Source: Vampirovibrionales bacterium
GTDB taxonomy: Bacteria; Cyanobacteriota; Vampirovibrionia; Vampirovibrionales; Vampirovibrionaceae
Reading direction: 5' to 3'
DNA: 64,000 nucleotides
Assembly: GCA_035285165.1 (NCBI GenBank)
Contig: JAYKHP010000023.1
Location: 20,152 to 84,151, forward strand
Part shown: positions 46,584 through 56,009 of the stretch, piece after piece
How the letters are laid out: every line of letters begins with the position of its first letter
Position numbering within the stretch: position 1 is the stretch's first letter
Made by a program: the position numbers and the translations under genes
Notes under the pieces: generated by a model
Told to the model about the DNA's origin: nothing
The model's database searches: none
The model's input: only the letters and a program-made list of their open reading frames with translations

Positions 46584-46818
46584 ATCCACCGAAATTGTCC
46601 CTACAGACTATCCAAAGCACAGGCCGAATGCAAGCCTCGGCCCCGGACGCTTGCCCCCCTTCTTCTCGTTGCTTCTCCTCCGCCGGGCCTATCTCCCCTG
46701 GCCCAAAGCGTCAAGCGCCCTGCAATCGCCCCAAAAACCGCTACAATAGGATGTATGGGAAAAGCAGCCACACCAATAGTCATATAAGTCATCAACCGGC
46801 AGCCCGCGAAAGGCTCAC

Positions 46819-48216
46819 ATGACGCCTGAAAATACCGACCTCACCAGCGAAACAAGCAGCGGCATCAGCCAAAGCCTCATTCCCGAGCCCAAGCTGATCG
46901 CCACAAAATCCCGCGTGCGCGAGCTGCTGTATGCTGCCGATCTTCATAAATACAAGGGCCGCGTCTCCAAACTCCAGGGCCTGACGGTTGAAGCCCAGCT
47001 TCCCAAGCTGAAGATCGGCGACCTGTGCTTTATTGAAAGCATGAACGGCGAGCCCAAGGCCGCCGAAGTCGTCGCCTTCAAGGGCGATATGGCCCAAATG
47101 CTGCTGCTTTATGACGGTACTGGCATTTACCAGGGCAGTTGGGTCACCACCACCGGCAACCCCATCACCGTTCCCGTGGGCGATTTCCTCCTTGGCCGTC
47201 TGGTCTCCCCACTGGGAGAACCGCTTGATGGCCGTCCCCTCGATTTAAGCCGCGCCAATTATGTCAACGTCGATTCCTCCCCCCCCGATCCCCTGGCAAG
47301 GCCGATTATCAAAAACCGCTTTTCAACCGGAATTCGCGCGGTGGACGGCCTGCTGACGATGGGTGCAGGCCAACGGATGGGGCTCTTTGCGGGGTCTGGG
47401 GTCGGTAAATCAACGATGCTTGGCATGATTGCCCGAAATTCGGAGGCCGATGTCAACGTTGTGGCGCTTATCGGCGAGCGGGGAAGGGAAGTTAAGGAGT
47501 TTATGGAAAACAGCCTTGGCGAAGAGGGTCTGAAGCGCTCGGTGCTGATCTGCGCCACGGGCGATCAGCCGCCGCTTCTGCGGATGAAATGCCTGCAAAC
47601 CGCAACAGCAGTCGCCGAATACTTTCGGGATCAGGGCAAGAAAGTCTTCCTGATGACCGATACCGTCACCCGGGCCGCGATGTCCGGCCGGGAAGTGGGC
47701 CTTGCCATTGGCGAGCCACCCACGATGAAAGGCTATCCACCGTCGATTTTCTCCTGGCTTCAAAAAGTCCTGGAGCGTTCAGGCATTACCGAAGACGGCT
47801 CCATTACCGCCCTTTATACCGTCCTGGTTGAAGGGGACGACATCAACGACCCGGTGGTGGACACGGTGCGCGGGATTATCGACGGTCACATTTTCCTATC
47901 CCGTAAAGTCGCGGCGCAAAACCACTTTCCCGCTATCGACGTGCTGGGCAGTGTCAGCCGTTTGTTTACCGAGATTTGCGAACCGGAGCATATGCAGGCT
48001 GCGGGTAAAATGCGCGAATTATTGGCGATTTACCAGGATGCCCGTGACTTGATTGACGTAGGCGCTTATGAACATGGGTCAAACCCCAAAATCGACGCCG
48101 CCATTCGCATGATGCCCGAAATTAACGGTTTTTTGCGGCAGTCCGTCAAGGATTTGGTCAACATGGACAGCACCATTGCCCGCCTCATCGACATGATGGC
48201 CCCCGTCCAGTTGTAA
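46819..48216 (+). CDS. fliI: FliI/SctN-family type III secretion (flagellar-type) ATPase
   Basis: GQRMGLFAGSGVGKSTMLGMI (Walker A), KVFLMTDTVTRAAMSGREVGLAIGEPP, GSITALYTVLVEGDDINDPVVDTVRGIIDGHIFLSRKVAAQNHFPAIDVLGSVSR. Confidence 0.9.
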   Translation: MTPENTDLTSETSSGISQSLIPEPKLIATKSRVRELLYAADLHKYKGRVSKLQGLTVEAQLPKLKIGDLCFIESMNGEPKAAEVVAFKGDMAQMLLLYDGTGIYQGSWVTTTGNPITVPVGDFLLGRLVSPLGEPLDGRPLDLSRANYVNVDSSPPDPLARPIIKNRFSTGIRAVDGLLTMGAGQRMGLFAGSGVGKSTMLGMIARNSEADVNVVALIGERGREVKEFMENSLGEEGLKRSVLICATGDQPPLLRMKCLQTATAVAEYFRDQGKKVFLMTDTVTRAAMSGREVGLAIGEPPTMKGYPPSIFSWLQKVLERSGITEDGSITALYTVLVEGDDINDPVVDTVRGIIDGHIFLSRKVAAQNHFPAIDVLGSVSRLFTEICEPEHMQAAGKMRELLAIYQDARDLIDVGAYEHGSNPKIDAAIRMMPEINGFLRQSVKDLVNMDSTIARLIDMMAPVQL

Positions 48217-48247
48217 AAATATTGCGAGGCAGATTGAATTTAGCTTT

Positions 48248-48283
48248 AAAATGCTGTACATGTATTTATATGTACAGCATTTT
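48248..48283 (+). terminator. perfect 14-bp stem hairpin after the ATPase gene
   Basis: AAAATGCTGTACAT (48248-48261), loop GTATTTAT, ATGTACAGCATTTT (48270-48283). Confidence 0.55.
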
Positions 48284-48360
48284 CGCTGCTTGAATTTATT
48301 AAAACTTGAATCTATTAAAAATCGGGTTAAACAAAGAGCAAACGTCATAGGAAAATTAAT

Positions 48361-48639
48361 ATGCCCTTAGATTCTAATGCGCCGAAAAAAGCGGAAAAAG
48401 AAATGGTGACTTTTCGTATTCGCAAGAACCTCAAAGATAAATTGACCGAGTTGGCTAAGGTTACGGGGCGTTCGCAGACTTACCTGACAGAAGCGGCGCT
48501 TGAGGCATACTGCGATTTGCAGATGTGGCAGGTGGCTGCTGTTGCCGAAGGTATTAAGGCTGCAGAAAGCGGCGAGGTTTCATCTCATGAAACGGTGAAA
48601 CGATACTGGGAGAGTAAACTTGAAAATTCTCTGGACTAA
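48361..48639 (+). CDS. parD: ribbon-helix-helix (CopG/ParD-type) antitoxin
   Basis: MVTFRIRKNLKDKLTELAKVTGRSQTYLTEAALEAYCD is a typical RHH beta-strand plus two helices. It overlaps the toxin gene by 20 nt. Confidence 0.75.
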   Translation: MPLDSNAPKKAEKEMVTFRIRKNLKDKLTELAKVTGRSQTYLTEAALEAYCDLQMWQVAAVAEGIKAAESGEVSSHETVKRYWESKLENSLD

Positions 48640-48898
48640 GCCCGCGCAACAGGATTTGCACCACATAGAGGCTTACCTTGAGACGGAAAACCCCAGGGCC
48701 GCTGTTCAGATGGTCTTAAAAGTCATGGATAGCGTTGAAATGATTCTTCCCAGTTATCCCAATGCGGGTAGAGCCGGTCAATTGCCGGGTACCAGGGAGC
48801 TTGTGATTGTCGAAACGCCATACATGGTGGTTTACCGCTGTCGCGTCGGTGCGCTGGAAGTGCTGAGAGTGCTTCATCACGCACAGGAGTGGTTGTAG
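48620..48898 (+). CDS. parE: ParE/RelE-superfamily toxin
   Basis: ILWTKPAQQDLHHIEAYLETENPRAAVQMV...PNAGRAGQLPGTRELVIVETPYMVVYRCRVGALEVLRVLHHAQEW. TTG start. Confidence 0.8.
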   Translation: MKILWTKPAQQDLHHIEAYLETENPRAAVQMVLKVMDSVEMILPSYPNAGRAGQLPGTRELVIVETPYMVVYRCRVGALEVLRVLHHAQEWL

Positions 48899-48914
48899 CG
48901 GGCCAAAATATCAA

Positions 48915-50006
48915 TCAAACGGTTAAATTTTGAGGATGTCCGGCAGGAGAGTGATTTGGAGGGGCTTCAGGTGGTGTCAGAAGGTCAGCAGGGATAGGGC
49001 CTGTTGGACTGATTTCTTTCAGATTCTTGCTTGGACTATTAAAAGAAGTGCTATCCATAGGCTGAATGTCAACGGTATAAGGGGCGTCTGGGAAGGGTAA
49101 TTGGGTTTCCTCTGGCACTGGCACCCTGATATGAATTGGCTGAAGGGGTATAGGCGTTGCAGTGATAACGGGTACTTTTCGTTTAGGCTGATGAGCTTCG
49201 GCGTATAGGGCGTAAAGGCCTTTGATCGTCATTGTCGGCTCTACTTGTGCGAAAAGACCGTTTGCAGGAAAGGCGTTCAGGAAGCTTTCGGCGCTTCCAC
49301 CGGTGGCCAGGCACATCACATCGTAAAGGCCTTGCTGAACGGTCAGTTCCAGACGCATCCGCTCTAAAATTTCTTTGACCATGCCCAAATAGCCAAAGCT
49401 TACGCCGGATTGCATGCATTCCACCGTGCTCTGCCCGATGGCTTTTTCACAAGGGCCGAAAGGAACATAGGGCAATTGCGAAGCCCGCTGCGGCAGCGTG
49501 GATGAAAACGCCTCAATACCCGGGGCGATCACGCCGCCTAAAAACCGTCCGTCGGCTGTAATGACGTCAAACGTCGTGGCCGTGCCGAAATCTGCCAGAA
49601 TAATGTGCTGGTTGGGGTACATCAGGTAAGCGCCGCAAGCGCTGACCAGGCGATCGGTGCCCAGTTGACCGGCGCTATAACCTTCCACTTTCAACGGCAG
49701 TCGGGTAAAGCCCGGCTTAATGGCCAGGGGCGGGCGCTTCAGGGTAAAACAGTATTTCAACGTCTGCTTCAGTATTTCTTCAAGCTCGGGCATAACACTG
49801 CTGTATACCAGCCCGTCAAAAGAACTGCCGATGGTTGAGAGCCCCGAACGAAGCGCTTGGCTGAAAGAAGCCGGTTTCTTGTACTGCGGGCCTGATCGTT
49901 GCACTGGGATAAAATCCGAGGCGCGCCAGAATTTGACCAGTTCCCCATGGCGAAACAGGCCGAATTTGATATCGGAATTCCCAATGTCCAGCGCGACAAC
50001 GTTCAT
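48915..50006 (-). CDS. coaX: type III pantothenate kinase with P-rich C-terminal extension
   Basis: MNVVALDIGNSDIKFGLF, ILADFGTATTFDVI, and ATGGSAE. The last ~100 aa are proline-rich low complexity. Confidence 0.85.
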   Translation of the reverse strand: MNVVALDIGNSDIKFGLFRHGELVKFWRASDFIPVQRSGPQYKKPASFSQALRSGLSTIGSSFDGLVYSSVMPELEEILKQTLKYCFTLKRPPLAIKPGFTRLPLKVEGYSAGQLGTDRLVSACGAYLMYPNQHIILADFGTATTFDVITADGRFLGGVIAPGIEAFSSTLPQRASQLPYVPFGPCEKAIGQSTVECMQSGVSFGYLGMVKEILERMRLELTVQQGLYDVMCLATGGSAESFLNAFPANGLFAQVEPTMTIKGLYALYAEAHQPKRKVPVITATPIPLQPIHIRVPVPEETQLPFPDAPYTVDIQPMDSTSFNSPSKNLKEISPTGPIPADLLTPPEAPPNHSPAGHPQNLTV

Positions 50007-50057
50007 AGCATGAAATCTTACACTAAAAGCCGCTATTTCAGGAATCGAAATATTGTC

Positions 50058-50651
50058 CTAGCGTTGACCAATCAGGCTTTTCTTGGCAATCGTCTCCACA
50101 TGGGCGGCCAGGGCGTATATTGACCGCTCCGTATGTGATCTTAAGACATTGTTGGTTCCAGGCAGGTTACTGCCCGGGTCAATCGAAAGGGTATAAGTGA
50201 CCAGGGTTTTCTGGCCGCCATTTTTTGGAGCCAGTTGATACCTGGCCTTTAAATATTTTAAGTCACCCTTAATTCGCTCGAAGGTCAGCAGGTTCTGGTG
50301 TTCGGTCGCACGTACCTGGTAACGGTATGAGGGCAACAATGGCGCGGGTTTCATCGCCAAGTCCAGAACCTTGGTGTTGCCTGTCGTAGAAAGAATAACG
50401 CTTCTGGAATAGCCGGGCAGAATATCGTCAATATCGTTATAATCCGTCATCGCTTGCCAGACGATGGCTGTCGGTGCATCAACCAGCAATTGGGCCTGGA
50501 TGGTACGAACACCCTGGGTATTGGCACTAGGCATTTTCAGTATGCGGATTTTCTGGGCTGCTAGAGCGGCAGGCGCCGTCAGCAATATTATAAAGGCCAT
50601 CATGGCCAGTTTTTTGGATATGCTTAAGGCGTTGAAACGAGTGGAAGACAT
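50058..50651 (-). CDS. secreted SRPBCC (START/polyketide-cyclase-like) family protein
   Basis: Signal peptide (LAMMAFIILLTAPAALAAQ). AIVWQAMTDYNDIDDILPGYSRSVIL is typical of the first strand/helix of the SRPBCC fold. Confidence 0.5.
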   Translation of the reverse strand: MSSTRFNALSISKKLAMMAFIILLTAPAALAAQKIRILKMPSANTQGVRTIQAQLLVDAPTAIVWQAMTDYNDIDDILPGYSRSVILSTTGNTKVLDLAMKPAPLLPSYRYQVRATEHQNLLTFERIKGDLKYLKARYQLAPKNGGQKTLVTYTLSIDPGSNLPGTNNVLRSHTERSIYALAAHVETIAKKSLIGQR

Positions 50652-50841
50652 GCGTTGCTCTCTAACTCAAGGGCAGTATGATCATAAAAACAGTGGGTAT
50701 TAAAACAGCGCGGTGACTGAACCCCGAATTTTAATGGGACACGAATCTTCTAGTATTTTACCAAATACCTTGTTGATATGCCTATTGCTCATTGGACGGA
50801 TGGGGCTTGCGCCTGTAGATTAATCCTAATGAGCGTAAGGT

Positions 50842-51348
50842 TTATCGGGCCAAAAGCCACTCGTAATGATGAAACGCGTTATCTTTGCCGAATCCGCAGG
50901 TTTCATAGAGTCGTTGCGCGTTTTGATTATCAATGGCGGTCGAAAGAATTAATCCCTTATCCTGGCGTTCAGCCACCAGTTGCTGGCAACGGTCAATGAG
51001 GGCTTTTCCAATACCTCGCTTTCGATAATCGGGCAAGACATAGAGGTCATTCAGTGTCCATTGCGGTAAAAGGGAAACGGATGAAAACCCTGGATAAAGT
51101 TGAGCAAAGCCCACGATCGCCTCGTTGATCTTGGCTAAGAAAATCACGGATTCGTGATTAATCAGGCGCTCGAACAAAAAATGGCTGCAGGCGGGTGAAT
51201 TGCTTTTTTGACCGTAAAACACACGGTACTGGTCGAACAGCATGCTTAGCGCGTTTAAATCGGAAACTTCCGCTTGCTGAATCGTAATCGTGCTGGTCGG
51301 TGTTTGAGGCTGGCTCATGGCAGCATGTCCTTGTGAGATTTCTTTCAA
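50842..51348 (-). CDS. GNAT family N-acetyltransferase
   Basis: LNDLYVLPDYRKRGIGKALIDRCQQL ... NQNAQRLYETCGF. Confidence 0.8.
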   Translation of the reverse strand: MKEISQGHAAMSQPQTPTSTITIQQAEVSDLNALSMLFDQYRVFYGQKSNSPACSHFLFERLINHESVIFLAKINEAIVGFAQLYPGFSSVSLLPQWTLNDLYVLPDYRKRGIGKALIDRCQQLVAERQDKGLILSTAIDNQNAQRLYETCGFGKDNAFHHYEWLLAR

Positions 51349-51357
51349 GGTGGCGAG

Positions 51358-51840
51358 TTATAGTTCCCCGAAAAACTCGGTGAGCATTTTAACGCGGTAA
51401 TCAAAAATATCGCGCAACTGATGCTCCACCATCAGCCCATGGGCAATGGCGCCAAAGATGCCAAAGGGAAGGCGATAATGGACGGTATCGGTCATCTCAA
51501 CGCCGATTTCGTTGCCTGAGTCGGGATCGATGATGGGCTCGAAATGATGCTGGTGATGCCAGAACTGGTATGGCCCGAACCGCTGCTCATCGACAAAATA
51601 ATGGGGGGCAATCACATGCGTGATTTCCGTTACCCAGGACAAGGGGATGAGGTTGTAAAACTTCAGGTCATAGGTTGCAATCATGCCGGGATACATCAGC
51701 TTGGGCATCGCCGAGGTGATTTCAAAACGAAGCCATGGGGGGGTAATTTCTTCCAGGTTATGCGGGTTGGAGAAAAAAGCCCACGCGACATCCTGCGTAA
51801 TGGGGAGTCGCTGCGTGCGATGGAGCCGGTAGGTGGTCAT
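51358..51840 (-). CDS. SRPBCC family protein (COG4276-like)
   Basis: MTTYRLHRTQRLPITQDVAWAFFSNPHNLEEITPPWLRFEI. Preferred start is ATG 51840; the ORF track runs to 51981. Confidence 0.55.
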   Translation of the reverse strand: MTTYRLHRTQRLPITQDVAWAFFSNPHNLEEITPPWLRFEITSAMPKLMYPGMIATYDLKFYNLIPLSWVTEITHVIAPHYFVDEQRFGPYQFWHHQHHFEPIIDPDSGNEIGVEMTDTVHYRLPFGIFGAIAHGLMVEHQLRDIFDYRVKMLTEFFGEL

Positions 51841-51992
51841 GATGTCTCGATCATCTAAAAACGATATGGAAGATGTGGCGAAATTTCCTTTAAAATAAAA
51901 GCTGACGCCCATTAGACATGAGTATATCAAAGACTTGGCGAATGTTTTTTTGAGAATAACGGGATTCGTTAAAAAGAGCACGATATTTTTTT

Positions 51993-52829
51993 ATGCCAGA
52001 ACTGAGCAGAACTTATCTTGATGCCAGCCTCAGGGATGGGCTGACGGTTCGCTGGCCCGATTCCGCCATGCCGATCAAAGTTTACATTGCCCCTTTTCGC
52101 TGGTATGAAAAATCCAAGCAACAGGAATCTTTTGTCTACAACCAGATGGTGATCGAATGCCTTAAAGTATGGCAGGACGTGACCCACAACGCGGTGCGGT
52201 TTTTAATTGTCCCCGATATGCAAAGCTCCCAAATCAATTTCGCCTGGCGGCGCGTGGACAGGAAATCCCTCGGTCATTGCGAATACTCTATTAATAAGCG
52301 ATCAATGGTCTATTCGGCTGAAATACAAATCGGCATTTCCGACGGTATTTTACACGCCGCTTATAATGACGCTGACGAGGTTCGTCATACGATTCTCCAT
52401 GAAATTGGCCATTCATTGGGATTGGTGGGGCATAGCGACGGCCCTTCGGATATCATGTACGTCCCCCATCAATACGGGGTGGTGGGCTTATCCCCCAGGG
52501 ATGCCGAAACCATTGGCTGGTTGTATAAATTACCGGTAGGCTTCAACTACCATGCGATTGCCGAAAAGCACCAGTTGGCAGCCCCTTACACGTTGCATGA
52601 CGTGATTGAACTTCTGGCAGACCCGACGGCAAAACCCAAAAAAGACGCCTTTCTTGAAAAAGCCAAGCCTGTCCACGTTGAACGCCCTGAAAAGCTTTTG
52701 CAGGATCATGACATCCTGACGCATATGGGGAAATTCCACTTGGCCACGCAGAATATCCAAATCCGGCCTGACACGTTGAAGAAACTGGCAAATCCTAAAT
52801 TTCCGCCTCCCACAGATCCCCATGAATAA
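51993..52829 (+). CDS. matrixin-like (M10) zinc metalloprotease
   Basis: HTILHEIGHSLGLVGHSDGPSDIMY contains HExxHxxGxxH plus a Met-turn. Confidence 0.75.
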   Translation: MPELSRTYLDASLRDGLTVRWPDSAMPIKVYIAPFRWYEKSKQQESFVYNQMVIECLKVWQDVTHNAVRFLIVPDMQSSQINFAWRRVDRKSLGHCEYSINKRSMVYSAEIQIGISDGILHAAYNDADEVRHTILHEIGHSLGLVGHSDGPSDIMYVPHQYGVVGLSPRDAETIGWLYKLPVGFNYHAIAEKHQLAAPYTLHDVIELLADPTAKPKKDAFLEKAKPVHVERPEKLLQDHDILTHMGKFHLATQNIQIRPDTLKKLANPKFPPPTDPHE

Positions 52830-52839
52830 GACCGGGCTT

Positions 52840-55800
52840 CTAGAAAGAAAATGTGCTGGGAGTTGGTTCCGGCGTCACTTCCACGGCGGGTTTAGCCTCG
52901 GCCTCAGGTATGGTGGCAGCGCCAGTCGGCCTGGCAGGCGTTTCTTTGCTCTGAGGCCTTTCAGCGTCTTTTTGTGTGGCTTCTTGTGGTTGGCTTAGTG
53001 CCCGCTTGATTTTCTCGTTCGCTGGAATCTCTTCTTCTTTTTTAGGGTTCTCGGGTTTTTGCTCTTTTTTGCTTTTCTTCTTTAATTGATCATGAAGTTT
53101 TTGGGACTCGGCTATTGGATCGAAGTCCTCGGGAACTTCCTCTGGCTTTACTGGCTGAACAGTCTGAACTTCGCCAAACACGCCACCTTGTTTTACCTTT
53201 TCAGCATCCCAGTCGTTATCGTTTTCGCTGAAGGTGGTAATATCCGCATCGGCTTCAACGGGTTTGCTTGCCCCTGCTGGCGTATTGCCAGGCGACGGGG
53301 TTGGTGTGTCAGGTTTTTCCTCTAAACGTTTAACCTGGATTGTTTCCGATTGCGTGGTTAGCGTCTGTTGTTGAGGCGCTGAGCTTGTGTCAGAAGGTAC
53401 AGGTTGCGCGGGTGCTGGCGTGGAAATAACCGTTTTGATTTCCTGCTTGCTTTCGCTTTGGGTCGTCGTGGCTTTAACGGGTTCAGGTTGTTTGCTTTCA
53501 GCAGGCGTTGAGGGATTTGCGGGTGCTTTTAAAGCCTCTTGATCTTGCTGGCGTTTAAGATTTTCGCGAATGCGCTGAGCCTCTTTTTGCTTAAGGTAGG
53601 TTTCACGTTCGCGTTGGCGGATATAAGCCGCAGCCGCTTCGCGTTCCTGACGGCGAGCTTCCCTTTTGCTTACAGCGTCTTGCTGGCTTTTGGCTTGGGG
53701 CGTGCTTTTTTGAACGGGCTTGGCCGCGCTTTGCGTTTTTTCAGTTTTCTTGACAATAGGAACGTCTGCGGGAGGGGCATCTATTGGCGCATTTGCTGGA
53801 ACATTTGTTGGCTTCTCTGAAGGCCTGGAAACTTCCACCTTTACGGGTGCCACAACAGGAGGCTGCTTAGCCTTTTCCGTTTTTGCCGGTTTTTCAGCCT
53901 CAGAGGAAGTCGTTGCCGGTTTCTTTTCGGCGGGCTTTTTTTCAGGCGTTTTTCGTTCAATCGTTTTGTTTGTGGTTTTTTTGCTGGTTAGCGAGCCTGA
54001 CTTATTTGTAGCAGGGTTACCTTCCAACAGCTTTAACGTTTCCCTGGCGGATGAAAGTTGTTTTTCCTCAAGGCTTCCCACTGCGTATTGCTTATAGGCC
54101 GACAAGTCCACAAAACGCTTAAGATTACGTTGAGCGTCAACGTTTTCCCTGAAGTCGGCAAATCGCATGCCTAATTCATAGAACATCGGCAATTGGCTGT
54201 CGGACTGCACGTAGCTGGCTGAGTTGTGGGCTTTTGCAAGCGACATGTCGGCCACTTTTAAAACAGCAAGCGCTTCCTCTTTTTGCTGGTTTTGTTCAAG
54301 CAGGGTGGCGTAATCCAGCAGCCAGGAGGGGGGCAGCACCTTGGCGTAATTCTCAAGCGCCGCTTCCTGGTTTTGCTCCAGTGCGTCCAAAAAGCCCAGT
54401 TTCTTTCTTGCCTCACTCTGGTTGGGCGTGACGGTCAACGCGTCGAGGTAAGCAATCCGCGCCGCCTGGCGGTTACCTTGTTTTAACTCAATATCGCCCA
54501 GTAAGGTGAAATACTCGGGTGAAACGCCATTGCGCATGGCTTGGGCAATCAATTGCTTGGCCTCATCCAGCCGTCCACCGGCTAGCGCCACCTGCGCCTG
54601 GGAGGCGCGCAGCTCGGGATGATCCGGCCACTTTTTCAACGCCTGATCAATCAGCTTGGCAAGCTCGTTGTCTTTGCCGATGCGCTCCGGTGATTGCTGT
54701 AGTTTCAGTCGGATGACATCCAGCACCAGGGGAAGGGATTCCTGGTTTTGAAGCAGTAGCGCTTTTAATTCCCGCTCAGCCCCGCTGCTTTCGCCTGAGG
54801 CGGTATAGGCCGCGGCCAGAAGATAGCGGGCACCGGCATCATCTGAGACACGATCCACATAGGGCCTAAGTGAGAGAATGACATTGCTGTAGCGTCCTGC
54901 CAGGTAATCCGACCATGCTTTTTGAACCAGGCCGTCGATGACTTTGGGCTCTTCCGCTTGCTTGGCGGTTTCTGTCACGGTTGTTGTGTTCTCGCCTGCT
55001 GTTACAGGCGTTTGCGCCGGTGGCGTTGGCAAGCCGTTAAAATATTGATACAGACTTGGCGCGCTGTCCTGCTTTTTGCCTTGCGTTGTATTTTGAGTCA
55101 GCGGGGCGATTGGAAGCGGTTGGTTTTTGACTGACACCTGAGCAGCGCTTGAGCTGGGTTTATGAAAAGACAAGCTGAGAAGTGAGCCGGTGTTGGAGAC
55201 GATGTGGGGCGGCAACGAACCTGTTTCTATATCTTTGAATTGGATAAGAATCTGAACCTGTGCCTGCTGGCCCAACTGAACCGGGCTGACGTTGATATCG
55301 ACAAGCTGGGGAAAGACTTCCCTGGCATTTTCAAGCCAGTCCGCGTCTGGGGCTTCAAAAGCCTCGTCGAGCGTGGCGTTTGAAAGCACCAGCTTGATAT
55401 TATTCGGCCAGCCTGTTGTATCCAGCGATGGGGAGACAAAACGTCCGGATGTTTGCAGAATCAGATTCCCACTGCTTCGTTCGCTCTGAATCGACAGCAG
55501 TTGGGTGCCGTTTTGATAGGTGCGCGGCATCAAAAAGTCGTTGTCTGGTTCTTCTTTTAAAGTATTTGGCGCTGAAGTCTCAACCTGGTTTAGCTGATAA
55601 GCTTTACCAGGAGGCGTGGCGTACCAGAATTGCCCACGCTGTTCAGGTTGCATATTTTTTCTTGCGCCAATACCTTGCCGGGGCTCAGGGATGCTGCTCC
55701 GTTGGTAGCCATATTGCCGTGCGCTTGCGTTCAGCTTCGATTGCGCAAAAACCGGGGAGCCCAAGCCTAGCATCTGGGCAGTCATGATGAGAAGCAGAGC

Positions 55801-55908
55801 GGAGAGCGCGGAGCGCTTTGTAAAAAGCCGTCCTGGCATATATGCCAAGGGAACCGTCCGTGAAACGGCAACGGAAAACGAACGCAACTCAGGCAACGCC
55901 ATTGGCAC
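52840..55908 (-). CDS. secreted AMIN-like domain / TPR repeat protein with K/E/P/A-rich C-terminal tail
   Basis: 1022 aa. Signal peptide (ALSALLLIMTAQMLGLGSPVFAQ). N-terminal beta-rich region (LLSIQSERSSGNLILQTSGRF...NIKLVLSNATLD...VQILIQFKD). Central TPR-like repeats. The last ~400 aa are low complexity. Confidence 0.7.
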   Translation of the reverse strand: MPMALPELRSFSVAVSRTVPLAYMPGRLFTKRSALSALLLIMTAQMLGLGSPVFAQSKLNASARQYGYQRSSIPEPRQGIGARKNMQPEQRGQFWYATPPGKAYQLNQVETSAPNTLKEEPDNDFLMPRTYQNGTQLLSIQSERSSGNLILQTSGRFVSPSLDTTGWPNNIKLVLSNATLDEAFEAPDADWLENAREVFPQLVDINVSPVQLGQQAQVQILIQFKDIETGSLPPHIVSNTGSLLSLSFHKPSSSAAQVSVKNQPLPIAPLTQNTTQGKKQDSAPSLYQYFNGLPTPPAQTPVTAGENTTTVTETAKQAEEPKVIDGLVQKAWSDYLAGRYSNVILSLRPYVDRVSDDAGARYLLAAAYTASGESSGAERELKALLLQNQESLPLVLDVIRLKLQQSPERIGKDNELAKLIDQALKKWPDHPELRASQAQVALAGGRLDEAKQLIAQAMRNGVSPEYFTLLGDIELKQGNRQAARIAYLDALTVTPNQSEARKKLGFLDALEQNQEAALENYAKVLPPSWLLDYATLLEQNQQKEEALAVLKVADMSLAKAHNSASYVQSDSQLPMFYELGMRFADFRENVDAQRNLKRFVDLSAYKQYAVGSLEEKQLSSARETLKLLEGNPATNKSGSLTSKKTTNKTIERKTPEKKPAEKKPATTSSEAEKPAKTEKAKQPPVVAPVKVEVSRPSEKPTNVPANAPIDAPPADVPIVKKTEKTQSAAKPVQKSTPQAKSQQDAVSKREARRQEREAAAAYIRQRERETYLKQKEAQRIRENLKRQQDQEALKAPANPSTPAESKQPEPVKATTTQSESKQEIKTVISTPAPAQPVPSDTSSAPQQQTLTTQSETIQVKRLEEKPDTPTPSPGNTPAGASKPVEADADITTFSENDNDWDAEKVKQGGVFGEVQTVQPVKPEEVPEDFDPIAESQKLHDQLKKKSKKEQKPENPKKEEEIPANEKIKRALSQPQEATQKDAERPQSKETPARPTGAATIPEAEAKPAVEVTPEPTPSTFSF

Positions 55909-56009
55909 CAGACTCCTATGTCTCTCTATTGACTTGTTTACCTAGACTAGTGGTCTTATCTCTTTTTGTTTTATTGTACCGCTTTTTAATTTCCCAGCTT
56001 TTTAGTTTT

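Noticed and set aside
46506-46822. Three overlapping ~93-aa and 64-aa ORFs around the tRNA-Arg gene.
   Set aside because: They run through the tRNA gene and the ATPase promoter region and have P/R/S/A-rich composition. The tRNA cloverleaf explains the sequence.
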